Of a DNA stretch of 64,000 nt, positions 52,009 to 64,000 are shown piece after piece. Numbering within the stretch: position 1 is the first letter of the stretch; every line of letters begins with the position of its first letter. Origin of the DNA: Octopus sinensis (Eukaryota); the NCBI RefSeq assembly GCF_006345805.1, contig NC_043006.1, forward strand, positions 90,148,001 through 90,212,000, given 5' to 3'. Below the pieces are notes generated by a model, which did not search any database, was not told where the DNA came from, and was given only the letters and a program-made list of their open reading frames with translations. The translations under genes and the position numbers were made by a program.

Positions 52009-53229
52009 AATGAAGCACCTTGCCCAAGGGCACAGTGTGCCACCCAATCTAAGAATGAAGCACCTTGCCCAAGGGCACAGTGTGTCACCCAATCTAAGAA
52101 TGAAGCACCTTGCCCAAGGGCACAGTGTGCCACCCAATCTAAGAATGAAGCACCTTGCCCAAGGGCACAGTGTGCCACCCAATCTAAGAATGAAGCACCT
52201 TGCCCAAGGGCACAGTGTGTCACCCAATCTAAGAATGAAGCACCTTGCCCAAGGGCACAGTGTGCCACCCAATCTAAGAATGAAGCACCTTGCCCAAGGG
52301 CACAGTGTGCCACCCAATCTAAGAATGAAGCACCTTGCCCAAGGGCACAGTGTGCCACCCAATCTAAGAATGAAGCACCTTGCCCAAGGGCACAGTGTGC
52401 CACCCATCTAAGAATGATCACCTTGCCCAGGGCACAGTGTGCCACCCAATCTAAGAAGACACCTTGCCCAAGGGCACTTTGCCACCCAATCTAAGATGAG
52501 CCCTTGCCCAAGGGCAACAGTGTGTCACCCATCTAAGAATGATACCTTCCCAAGGGCACAGTGTGCGCCACCCAATCTAAGAATGAGCACCTTGCCCAAG
52601 GGCACAGTGTGCCACCCAATCTAAGAATGAAGCACCTTGCCCAAGGGCACAGGTGTCACCCAATCTAAGAATGAAGCACTTGCCAAGGGCACAGTGTGCC
52701 ACCCAATCTAAGAATGAAGCACCTTGCCCAAGGCACAGTGTGCCACCCTCTAAGATGAAGCACCTTGCCCAAGGCACAGTGTCCACCCAATCTAAGAATG
52801 AAGCACCTGCCCAAGGGCACAGTGTGCCACCCAATCTAAGAATGAAGCACCTTGCCCAAGGGCACAGTGTGCCACCCAATCTAAGAATGAAGCACCTTGC
52901 CCAGGGCACAGTGGCCACCATTCTAAGATGAAGCACCTTGCCCAAGGGCACGTGTGCCACCCAATCTAAGATGAGCACCTTGCCCAAGGGCACAGTGTGC
53001 CACCCAATCTAAGATAAGCACCTTGCCCAAGGCACATGTGCCACCCATCTAAGAATGAACACCTTGCCAAGGGCACAGTGTGCCACCCAATCTAAGAATG
53101 ACACCTTGCCCAAGGGCCAGTGTGCCACCCATCTTAATGAAAGCACCTTGCCCAAGGGCACAGTGTGCCACCCAATCTAGAATGAAGCACCTTGCCAAGG
53201 CACATTGCCACCCATCTCTAATGAAGCAC
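52009..53229. repeat. 45-bp minisatellite, 28 units plus a partial, derived from a SINE fragment
   Basis: Unit aatgaagcaccttgcccaagggcacagtgtgccacccaatctaag. Units 1-8 are exact apart from one C/T site; later units are deletion-rich. It resembles the reversed SINE body gaagtgttttgctcaaggacacaa at about 41230. Confidence 0.95.
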
Positions 53230-53846
53230 GTCTTTCTGATCTTCCTAACCTCACGGTCACATGTCTTCTTCATGCATACAGCCACATTGTTTGCAACCAG
53301 TTTTTGTTAGGCTTAATGACTCTGCTATGTTGTTGTCTTGAATAAAACTGAATGCAGCCATCCTGGCTTCATGTAACTAACAATAATTGAACCTTCATAC
53401 ACAGATAAGCATACAAATTAAATAGAAGTAAAAGCAAAAAAAAAAAAACACTCATATAGATTATTTAGTATGGACAGGAAGTGGATGAGGATACTGGACA
53501 AGCAACAAAACAACTTCTATGTTAATTAAACTGCTAGAAATAGCAGTCAAATTCCCCTCAAATCATACATTATTGTCTAAACAAAAACAAAAGGATGGAC
53601 ACATTGAACAATGTAATCTGTGGTGAACATGGACTGAAATATCTTTGATTACAGGTCAAATCAGAGCAGATGTGGGTTTAAACAAAAACATCACCTACAA
53701 CTACAACAACAATTAAATCTATTAGCTTTTGTAGATCAAAGTAAATAATGGGAAGCATATCTGAATGATCTACCTGGAAGACAATCAATTTGTGATATCA
53801 ATAAAACATTGCAACCTCAATCATTACCATATCTAAACACTGACAG

Positions 53847-54012
53847 ATCATCCGTTTCATCAGCAGGAAGTGCTTTCAACAGGGGAGTTCGTTTATCTTG
53901 CGAAGCTGATGAACGGAAATTGACAAGCTCGTTAATTGAGACAGTATGGTTAGCCTTGAACAACTACTTAGTATACTTACAAAAGATACACACCCTTAAT
54001 GAGAAAAAATAA
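53847..54012 (+). CDS. Candidate terminal exon (phase 2: SSVSSAGSAFNRGVRLSCEADERKLTSSLIETVW...; phase 1: DHPFHQQEVLSTGEFVYLAKLMNGN*)
   Basis: Acceptor cactgacag| opens a CpG-retaining island with two open frames (55 and 25 codons). The frame is ambiguous. Confidence 0.2.
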
Positions 54013-56193
54013 AACAAACTAAAAATAAATTGTAAAACGTAATAGTTCATTTAGTACAGGTGTAACGGCAGACATAATGGAAAGGTTTCTTTTACTTAGC
54101 CATTAGAGATAAGTATTTAATGAAAAGTGTGTGTAAAGTAATCATCTAATGGTTAAGTTTAACCTCAATATGAGGAATCAAAGAGGATTTGTTTACACCT
54201 GAAAGACATCAGTTGAAAACAAGTTATGTTTAGATAAAAGGATGAGGTGGAGGATGAGGAAGTTTGTAGGTTTGTCTTGTTAATAATTCATTATTACAGT
54301 GTAACTGCACAGCTAAAAAAGTAGCGATAAGGAAGGGCTTTCCTAAGTGACCAACCTTCAAGAAACCAGTTCTGAGGTGGAAGATAGATTTTATGCATTT
54401 AAATTGTAATGACAAAGAAGAATATTCTTAACAGCTACTTTTTTATATATCAATTCCTCCACAAGGTCCCAGTCCTTCTTGTGATGTTGTGGCTTGCAGC
54501 CCTCAATGACCTTGAGCTCTATGTCAGCAGAGTGCAAACTCATGGTACTCACCTGCAATGATGGTCAGGTCAAAGGGTAGAAGCCAGACTAACATAACAG
54601 GGATAAAAATGGGTTTGTGTAGGGCCAATACCTCTAGCTAGGAAAAAATGCAAAGTTAAAGAAAAATCAACGACAATTCAAAACCAAGAAAACCAGGGAA
54701 AAGAAAGATTTTCTTCAGTGATGCTACACCTTAAGGCCCAGAGAACAGTGCAGGAAGATTGTCAACAGCCTATGCCCCATGGGGAATGAAGGGCATAAGT
54801 AAAAGACAAGAGTACACTGAATAGGAGAATGCTGAAGGTTATCGTTGAATCTGGAAAACATTCTGAAGTAAGATGGAACAAACCAAATCGATACAGAACA
54901 ATGTGTATGGACCATCATGGATTCGAGGTTTTCTTGGAACAGTTGGCACCATGTGGTTTTAGGTTGGCTCTTTTCACTTTCTTTCTACATTCATGTCATT
55001 GCAGTTGTGTGTCAAGTGACAGCTAAGTGCAACATGTTATCTGTCAGATGAAACTGATGCAGCATTCCACGATGTTCTGCAGGACATTTACTGTCCCTTC
55101 TGATAACTTCGTTAGCTAACAGGGTACACATCAAAGAGGACAATGTTGTGAACTACCACTGGTACAGCTGAAGTAGGACAACACGACGAGCTACAATTGT
55201 ACAACTGAAGTAGGACAATGTTCTGAAGTAACTTGATCCAAATCAAATAAGGCAATTTTGTGAAGCCCCGTGGAACAAATTGTTAAAGTTTATCCTGGTC
55301 ACAATGACATGAGACCCTCATATATCAACGATTAGCTAAGTTGCTGAGCTACAATTAATTGCATTAATATAAGGCATCATACTGCATTACCAGAACTGGA
55401 TATAAGGTTACACGATGAAAATAAAGCATTACACATTATATACAAATAGTTATTGCTTGTTATATTGTGTGTGTGTGTGTGTGTGCGCATGTGTGTGGGT
55501 CTGTATATACATAATTCATTTACAAAATATCCTTCCTCTATCAGCCTGAAATGAAAATTTTTTATGATGACATGAAATCTTAACATTATCACTAACTTCT
55601 TAGTTATGATTAGAACAATCGACACCAGTCGACTATGTAAATATTTTATTTCATAAAGAATATATTTTGTCCAACATAAAATTTGTGTGCATTTTGCTTC
55701 TGTTCATATTTTTCACTACAATTCACAATGTGGAAAAAAATTTCATCAAACCTTTTCACTGAGTGTATGTATGTGTGTATATATATATATTAGAAGGTTT
55801 GGAGATGATGTACAGGTATTTTATATTAGAAGAAATGAGGTACTCAGAAATTTGGATGGTTTTATATTTACAGATATTTATTTGTGTATTACATGTTTTT
55901 ATACATCATATATCATATATTAGCGCTTTCGTCCATTCTAGTGGAGTTTTCAAATTGAACTCTATATATATATATATGTATGTATGTATAATTTAAATTT
56001 ATAGAAAAACAAAGACAGGTGAAGGAACACAAGCACGTGTATTAGTTTGATGCTCAGGAAAAATTGAAAAGTCTTTTACGCTTCGAGGCTACGTTCTTTG
56101 GCAGAAACAAATGAGAGGAAATAGAGAGAGAATGATAAAAACGCATTGAGTTCAGTGGTTCATATATATACACACGCACAAATATATACACAC

Positions 56194-56247
<54 letters not shown>

Positions 56248-56611
56248 ACACACACACACATATATATATACACACATATGCATACATACAAACACACACA
56301 CACATATGTATATATATATATATATATATACAGAGAGAGAGAAAGAGAAAGAGATGCTGATTTATTGACAAACTATGTTTTATAAGCTGTCAAATAGAGT
56401 AGTTCTTCTTGATATACACTCTTTCCATAATTACATTCATTAACTTACAGCCATTTCAGCAATGAGAACCAGACAACACTCAATAATAGGTGTCACTGTC
56501 TGTTGTCAATGGCTCCGAGGCTAACAACTACAGTATGGCTTTAAGCATCACAAAAGCTCCACTTTTTTCTTCTTCTTCTTCTCATTTCAATAATAATTCT
56601 TTTTTTATATT

Positions 56612-56809
56612 CTTTCTTTTACTTGTTTCAGTCGTTTGATTGTGGCCATGCTGGGGCACTGCCTTGAAGAATTTTATTCAAAGTTCTTATTCTAGAACTT
56701 ATTCTGTCAGTCTCTTTTGCCAAACTGCTAAGTTATGTAGACACACCAGCATTGGTTGTCAAGTGATAGTGGGAGGTTGAGCAGACACACACACACACAC
56801 ACACAAATG

Positions 56810-56862
<53 letters not shown>

Positions 56863-57012
56863 TGGGCTCCTTTCAGTTACATCAAACAGATCCACACACA
56901 AGGGTTGGTAAGCCCAAGGCTATAGTAGAAGACATTTGCCAAAAGTGCCAGACAGTGGGACTGAACCCAGAACCATGTGGTTGGGAAGCAAGCATCTTAC
57001 CACACAGCCACA
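56612..57012 (-). mobile_element. SINE family A copy
   Basis: Same head and tail, with an internal (TA)n expansion. Confidence 0.85.
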
Positions 57013-59145
57013 TCTGTGTAATTAGTTTAATGATTATATTGATGGCTGAGCAGTTGTTTGTTTCGAACCATGAGGAATTCAGTTCAATTCTGGACATTGG
57101 GTCGATACAAGACCTTTGAGTGAATTTAAGTAAATGGAAACTGTAATACAAAATAATGCTTGTTATTATAGTGATTCTACTTGAAGATTACATTAAGAAT
57201 ACCTGTCTGTAGAATTGTCAGCCACTTTGTGGCATTAATTCAATGAATATGGATATTTATCATCATAATTGTTGTCCACCTTTCTACGTTCAGATGGGTC
57301 AGACAGAATGTGCCGAGGCAAATTTTCTACAGCTAGATGCCACTACTTGTCACCAATCCCCACCTGGTTCTAAGCAAGGTAATATTTCTCCATGACTACC
57401 AGACATGTTTCCACAAAATATTAGAAAGGAATGGCATCATTTGTATGATGACATCACTCGTTTACAGCTATTATGTGATGTCAAGACAAGGAGATACAAA
57501 CACATGCATACACACACATTCACACTATGAGCTTCTTTTAGTTTCCATTTACTCATATTGATTGGAGAGTCCACTATATATAAATGTGTGTCTTTTAATT
57601 AGAAAATATTTAGAGAGATGAATTGAAGATTGTAATTTATTAAAAACATATTTCAGATGGAGAACAGACAGACAAAGGCAGGCATCCACAATTTAGCAGT
57701 AGTCAAATACAATTGATATGAGAAGCAATTATAATCTGATTCAAGTATCACCGAACACATTTTAGACAGGTCAAAATGTTATTTGTCACATTTAAATATG
57801 TTTTTTTTTTGTTTTTTTAATGTATGATTTGATTTTGGTCTATTGTAGTTTTTTTCTCTCTTCTTCTTCTTCTCAAATTATTATGTCTCCACTGTTGCAG
57901 CTACTTTGTTAATTTGACTTGTCTGAGTTTATGGCTAAAATTCAGGTCAAATACTTAACAATACACGTGGGGTCTCATTTCACAGGCCAGCCATTTTCAA
58001 TCACAAATTTACTACTACTGCCTCACATCATCTCATTTCTAATATATAAGTTAAACAGTTTGCCACTATTCTTCTCAATAAAAAGAAAGTCCTTTCAGCA
58101 ATAAAATAAATAGGTTCCTTATTTCACCGACCATATGCAGTGATTATTACAGGCCATAAATCTTCACCGTTTCTTGGTTCTAGCCAAATATCTCTACAGA
58201 ATAAGTTGAATATTTGCCAACATGGTTAATAGTAACTTGGCTTAACCCTTTCTTAGATAAATTTCTACTGAAATACACTCACAACATGCTTCAGTTAATT
58301 GGGGGGTGGGGAGAAAACTATTTTGAAGGATTTAGTTGACAGAACAGACATCTTCATATCAACCTGCATTAGGAACATAACTTGAGAAAAGATTATTACT
58401 GAATTTTATGAAAGAATTCTAAGTTAATCCAAACACTTTAAACAGGGCATTTTTTTTTCTTTTTTCTACATAAATCACAACACAATACCAGGAGAGTTTG
58501 TAAGGAAATGGCTAAGAAAGAAGTGGAATATTGGCATATTTGCAGAAGAAAATTTGATGATTCAGGAATTAGCATTTCTCAGGACACAAACTAGCTTCAA
58601 CTGTTGTTATTGTTGTTATTATTATTATCATTATTATTATTATTAATAAGCACACACACAGGTAAAGGCTAGTGACAGGAAAGGCATGTTTTAATAGAAA
58701 AACCTGCTTCAACAAATTCCACGTGACCCATGCAAGAATGGAAAAGTAGACATCAATGGTGAGTGTGCATATATATATATATAAGTTTGGCAAAATTTAG
58801 ATTCAGATGAATGTGGTACTTAAGTTAAAGGCACCAGAATTTGGTATGGTGTTATCCATATAAATCAAATGGGGTGATTATAATCAAAATAAGCAACAAG
58901 GATATCCAAGGTAGAGTAGTACAATTGTTTCATGCTACTTCATTTTATTAAACACTGTAAGTATTACATCAGTTTTAAAATGTCGAGCAATTTTCAGCCA
59001 CTTATAGAATTTTCCAATTAAACGGACAATGCGCATTCTTATTCCTATTTCATTTGCCAACATTATAAAGAGGGTAGATATACAGACAGAGAGGTTGATT
59101 TCATTATTAAGAACATAATAATAGTATTATATATATATATATATA

Positions 59146-60603
59146 GCTAAAACCAAAGTCCTAATAAGTAGGAAGGTTGACAAATCACAAACGCTTTCAG
59201 GTAGATGGCCCTGCTCGATCTGTAGAAAAGGCGTAAGTAGAAACTCTATAAGATGCACCAAGTGTAAGCTATGGACACATAAGAGGTGCAGCAATGTCAA
59301 AGAAAGGTTAACTAGGAAAATAGTTTTTGTATGTGGCAGATGCTCAGGAGCAATAAACACTGAAAATGCGCAGAGACCAACCTCTGCCACATTCCAGGGA
59401 GAAAAACTAGAAATAGTTGATAGTGTCCATTACCTAGGTGACCAAGTCAGTCGTGGGGTCGGGTGTGCTGAAAGTGTAGCTGCTAGAGTAAGAATAGCCT
59501 GGGTAAATTTCAGAGAGCTCTTACTTCTGCTGGTGACAAAATGCCTCTCGCTCAGAGTAAAAGGCAGACTGTATGACGCATGTGTACGAACAGCTATGCT
59601 ACATGGCAGTGAAACATGGGCCGTGACTGCTGAGGATATGCGTAAGCTCGCAAGAAATGAAGCCAGTATGCTCCGATGGATGTGTAATGTCAGTGCTCAT
59701 ACTCGACAGGGTGTAAGTACCTTGAGAGAAAAGTTGGACCTAAGGAGCATCAGTTGTGGTGTGCAAGAGAGACGATTGCACTGGTATGGTCATGTGGCAA
59801 GAATGGATGAAGATAGTTGTGTGAAAAAGTGTCACATCCTAGCGGTTGAGGGAACCTGTGGAAGAGGTAGACCCAGGAAAACCTGGGACGAGGTGGTGAA
59901 GCACGACCTTCGAACTTTAGGTCTCACTGAGGAAATGACTAGAGACTGAGACCAATGGAAGTATGCTGTGTGTGAGAAGACCCAGCAGGACTAGTGAGAC
60001 TGGGGTCTGGGAAGCCAGAAGGCTGCACCGGGCCCAGTCTGATCTGGCAATGTTTCTACGGCTGGATGCCCTTCCTGTGGCCTCTACCTGGGATGTAGCC
60101 AGTTCACTTATGCATACCTTTCTTTCTTGGGACACAAAACTCTACTTGTGAAGACCTGTTGAGGCAAGTGAGAATCAGAATCAAAATCAAAATCGATCAA
60201 CATCAATGGAAATTGTAGCTGTGATACCAGTGCTTGGGGCACGAAAGAGAACCATCCGAACATGGCCATTGCTAGCACCGCCCCGACTGGCCTCCGTGCC
60301 GGTGGCACGTAAAAACACCATCCGATCGTGGCCATTGCCAGCCTTGCCTGGCCTCTGTGCTGGTGGCATGTAAAAAGCACCAACCAATCGTGGCCGTTTG
60401 CCAGCCTTGTCTGGCACCTGTGCCGGTGGCACATAAAAAGCACCCACTACACTCATGGAGTGGTTGGCGTTAGGAAGGGCATCCAGCCGTAGAAACATTG
60501 CCAGATCAGACTGGGCCCGGTGCAGCCTTCTGGCTTCCCAGACCCCAGTTGAACCGTCCAACCCATGCTAGCATGGAAAGCGGATGCTAATCGATGATGA
60601 TGA
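59146..60603 (+). mobile_element. 5'-truncated RTE LINE (same family as 34953-38140) inserted in (TA)n
   Basis: AKTKVLISRKVDKSQTLSGRWPCSICRKG...GRGRPRKTWDEVVKHDLRTLGLTEEM, then a 3' UTR and (GAT)n tail, with (TA)n on both sides. Confidence 0.92.
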
Positions 60604-60842
60604 TATATATATATATATGCGCAATTACAAAGAATACAGAGACTGGTACATGTTCAAACATTTCTTTTAATTCAGAGTTAAATATAGACCATAATTAGTT
60701 TAAAATGACCAATGCGTATTTCAGGTGCACACAGTATGTACAGTTGTGTATGAAACTCACCATATTCTGCTATGCACCTTCATTTATGGCCTTTCCACAA
60801 GTGTGGTCCGAAGCAAACTATATATATATATGTATGTATATA

Positions 60843-61192
60843 TAAAGAATAAGGAGAAAATGGGGAAGTAATTAACAAAATTATTTATTAATTATAAAAT
60901 ATGACAACATCTCTGACAGCTGTTTCGATTCAGAAATCTTTAGATAATTAATTTATAAAATTAAGATCATTATAAGATGAATTATTAATGGTTTATAGCC
61001 ATTATCTCAACATGTATTTCTAATTGGTATGTTTTTATTACCTCTGAAGAGATTCATCTTATAATGATTTTAATTTTATAAATTAATTATCAAAAGATTT
61101 CTGAATCAAAAGAGGCTGTCAGAAATGTTGTCATATTTTATAATTAATAAATAATTTTATTAATTACTTCTCTATTTTCTCCTTATTCTTTA
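60843..61192. mobile_element. AT-rich fold-back element (140-bp arms, 69-bp loop) carrying a hammerhead-ribozyme-like motif
   Basis: 60843-60982 is the reverse complement of 61052-61192 with few mismatches. CTGAAGA-gattc...gaatc lies on the plus strand; the left arm read on the minus strand gives gaatc-GAAAC-agct-GTC-agag. Confidence 0.75.
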
Positions 61193-61354
61193 AGCACATA
61201 AATATATGAAGCACGGTTTATATGGTTATAGTTGAACTTTCTATAGATTGGTAACTAACCAGCATTTTCATTGAATTTATTATCCCTTAATGAGGTTTAT
61301 TACCTTTACTTGATTATATATATATATGCATACTACCTCTGTGTGTGTGTATGT

Positions 61355-61990
61355 GTGCATGTGTAAGATGTGCAGAAGCCATAAAAACTAGAGATACTCA
61401 GGAAATCGATTTTCTCAAATGCCCTGAAGACTCTTTAGAAGTAGTGGATAATTTCTGCCACCTAGACGACCTAATTAGCTGTGAGGCAGGATGTGTGGAA
61501 AGTGTAATCGCTCGAATAAGCATAGGATGGAGAAAATTCAGAGAACTTTTACCTCTGTTGGCAACTAAAAGTCTCGCTCTCTGAATGAAAAGAAGGTTCG
61601 TAGATGCATGTACATGAAAAACAATGCCACATGGTAATGAGACATGGGCCCTGAATGTGAAGTGAGAGAGGGAGGATGCTTCTATGCTTTGCTGGGTGTG
61701 CATTGTCAGTGTACATGTGTGACAGTGTTTTGAGGGAAAAGTTGGGCAAAAGAGGAGTTAGATGTAGCATGCGAGAAAAGAGACTGCACTGGTTTGGTCA
61801 TGTGATGCAGACAGTTGTACACAGTTTCTATACAGAAGTGCTGGTCAGTTAAAACTGATGGAACTTGTGGAAGAAGGAGACCCAGGAAGTTATGGGACAA
61901 AGTATTGAAAGTCAGTCTCAAGACAGTGAGCCTTACAAAGGAGATTACTCAGGACCCAGATATCTGACACAATGCCATACTCTAAAAGAC
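61355..61990 (+). mobile_element. Older decayed RTE LINE 3' fragment
   Basis: LEVVDNFCHLDDLIS...GCVESVIARISIGWRKFRELLPLLATKSL..HGNETWA...RRRPRKLWDKV, with stops and frameshifts. Confidence 0.8.
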
Positions 61991-62504
61991 TTGTGCACCA
62001 CAGCAGAGTTGGTATTGGTGCTGGCTCCACATAAAAGACAAGCAGTTACCCACCTTCACTGACACCTCTGGTGACTAAAACTCACTGCAAAATAAAAACA
62101 AATTTAATACACACATGCGAAAAAATGTGCTTAGTCAAACTTGGAACCCCACATGAAAATAATATCCACCCCACTCTAATTGCCCAACGAAACTAACCAA
62201 TCTACTACAATGAAATCTCTCCCCAGCGAAATTACCAGCTCAAGAACAAAATTTAATGAAAGACCTACTGACTTTGCTTCCATTACCATCACATATGTAT
62301 CAATTATTTTCACATCCTAACCGCTGTATCAATCTATTTTTCGCATTCTGAATAGATTTACTAAAACTAGTAAATCAAAACGATTGTAAATGCTACCTTC
62401 ATCATTGCTTCTTTCTTCTTTATTATCTAATTAAATTAAAGGCATATCAGCAAAAACAACGAGTTTCTCTTCGTTATTTACATCCATTTTCTTCTCATAA
62501 AATA

Positions 62505-62835
62505 CCCACTACGCTCTCAGAGTGGTTGGCGTTAGGAAGGGCATCCATCTGTAGAAACTCTGTCAGATCAGATTGGAGCCTAGTGCAGCCATCTGGTTCA
62601 CCAGACCTCAGTCAAATCGTCCAACCCATGCTAGCATGGAAAGTGAACATTAAACGACAACGACGATGATGATGATGATGATATATATATATATATGGCA
62701 TTAGGAAGGGCATCCAGCAATAGAAACACTGCCAGATCAGACTGGGCCTGGTGCAGCCTTCTGGCTTCCCAGACCCCAGTTGAATCATCCAACCCATGCT
62801 AGCATGGAAAGCGGACGCTAAACGATGATGATATA
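62505..62835 (+). mobile_element. Two tandem short RTE-tail elements separated by (TA)n
   Basis: 62505-62680 and 62696-62835 each start near ggc(g/a)ttaggaagggcatcc and end in (GAT)n. Confidence 0.85.
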
Positions 62836-63454
62836 TAAGAAATAGAATGAACAAGGTAATCTAGGGTGAATATATTATATTTTGAAGTTGAATAGTTTTC
62901 CCATTACAAGATTTCTGCTAAAAAGGCATTCCTCTTGTGGCTCATTAACAAATACATTTGGTTGATGCTCTGATAAAATTCTTCAGTGATGTGCCATTTG
63001 AGAAATGTCCCTCCAATGAAAATGTTTTGGAAAAGCGGTCAACCATAACAATAATAGTTACACACACACATATATGTAGGATTAGAAACATTACTATATG
63101 GACACACACACACACATTCTCAAGCATACATGCACGCACTTATGTGTATTACACATAGAGGTATTTAAATAATGTTTATTATCTAAAAGTTAAAGGAACC
63201 TCTGAATCCTCATCTGCAGCATGTGTGTGTGTATGCATGATGATGATTCAGAAGTTCATTTAACATTTAAACATTGAGTAGAATTTTAATCAACTTGTGC
63301 ATAATTTATTGTATATATGTGCATGTATGTGTGTGTGACAGTATGTATCATATAAATATATATATATCATCAAAACATGGACTGGTTTTCATGATTTTAA
63401 TTTTGGTATTTAGTATTTCAACATTAAAAAAATTATTTTGTAATTACTCTTTAC

Positions 63455-63820
63455 TCTTTTACTTGTTTCAGTCATTTGACTGCGGCCATGCTGGAGCACC
63501 GCCTTTAGTCGAGCAAATCTACCCCAGGACTTATTCTTTGTAAGCCTATTACTTATTCTATCAGTCTCTTTTGCCGAGCCGCTAAGTTACAGGGACATGA
63601 ACATACCAGCATCAGTTGTCAAGCGATTTTGGGGGGACAAACACAGACACACATATACATGACAGGCTTCTTTCAGTTCCCATCTACCAAATCCACTCAC
63701 AAGGCTTTGGTCAGCCCGAGGCTATAGTAGAAGACACTTGCCCAAAGTGCCATGCAGTGGGGCTGAACCCGGAACCATGTGGTTGGTAAGCAAGCTACTT
63801 ACCACACAGCCACTCCTGCG
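63455..63820 (-). mobile_element. SINE family A copy (young)
   Basis: tttgactgcggccatgctggagcaccgcctttagtcgagc...gctgaacccggaaccatgtggttggtaagcaagctacttaccacacagccac. Confidence 0.9.
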
Positions 63821-64000
63821 CCTAATGCTCACAAAGTTAAATTAGCACTTTCATACATTTGTGGTAATCATCAGATTTCAAATGCATTTAACTGACAGTT
63901 GAGTTCTTGACAATTTTAGAACCTCTTAGAAAGCTGAATTTTTAGAAAACCTTTTCACCACTCCACATGTATTTTAAACATTATGGTTTGCCAAACATAT

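Noticed and set aside
52009-53229. CRISPR-like array, or a 15-aa repeat protein (MKHLAQGHSVPPNLR)n
   Set aside because: The units are contiguous with no unique spacers and derive from a SINE. A 45-bp period gives repeat ORFs on both strands automatically, and the frame breaks at unit 9.
54300-55110. Cluster of very short phase-1 terminal exon candidates (AKKVAIRKGFPK*, GPSPSCDVVACSPQ*, VMLHLKAQ...*, DETDAAFHDVLQDIYCPF*)
   Set aside because: Frames of 13-24 codons are close to the random expectation, and the acceptors are only moderate.
56040-56110. Minus-strand ctgccaaagaacgtagcctcgaagcg resembling a Penelope-type hammerhead
   Set aside because: Both conserved boxes are mutated, so it is at most a fossil.
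11-63543. Most listed 60-140 aa ORFs (HT, CV, YI, IYLS, poly-M/V/H/N)
   Set aside because: They are translations of microsatellites, SINEs or RTE UTR repeats.

Overview
This is AT-rich, microsatellite-dense animal genomic DNA. The SINE/RTE repertoire and base composition fit an octopus-like cephalopod, which is an inference from repeat families and not a database match. A 100-N scaffold gap lies at 15304-15403. No complete host gene is recognisable. Most explainable sequence is mobile DNA: a young 5'-truncated RTE-clade LINE (minus strand, about 34953-38140, one nonsense codon just before YADD), several shorter RTE 3' fragments, and many RTE-tailed non-autonomous elements and tRNA-derived SINEs. 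There is also a decayed R4/Dong-type RLE retrotransposon, two Tc1/mariner remnants, two related solo-LTR-like elements, two fold-back elements, and a SINE-derived 45-bp minisatellite. Two things deserve the most follow-up. First, 0.4-0.9 kb strand-biased, CpG-retaining segments with no recognisable homology sit at the 5' junctions of RTE insertions; they could be long filler DNA made during integration. Second, a scattered set of plus-strand splice-acceptor-plus-short-ORF islands could be alternative last or cassette exons of an unidentified host gene. The exon idea is not statistically established from sequence alone. All alignments and counts were done by eye.
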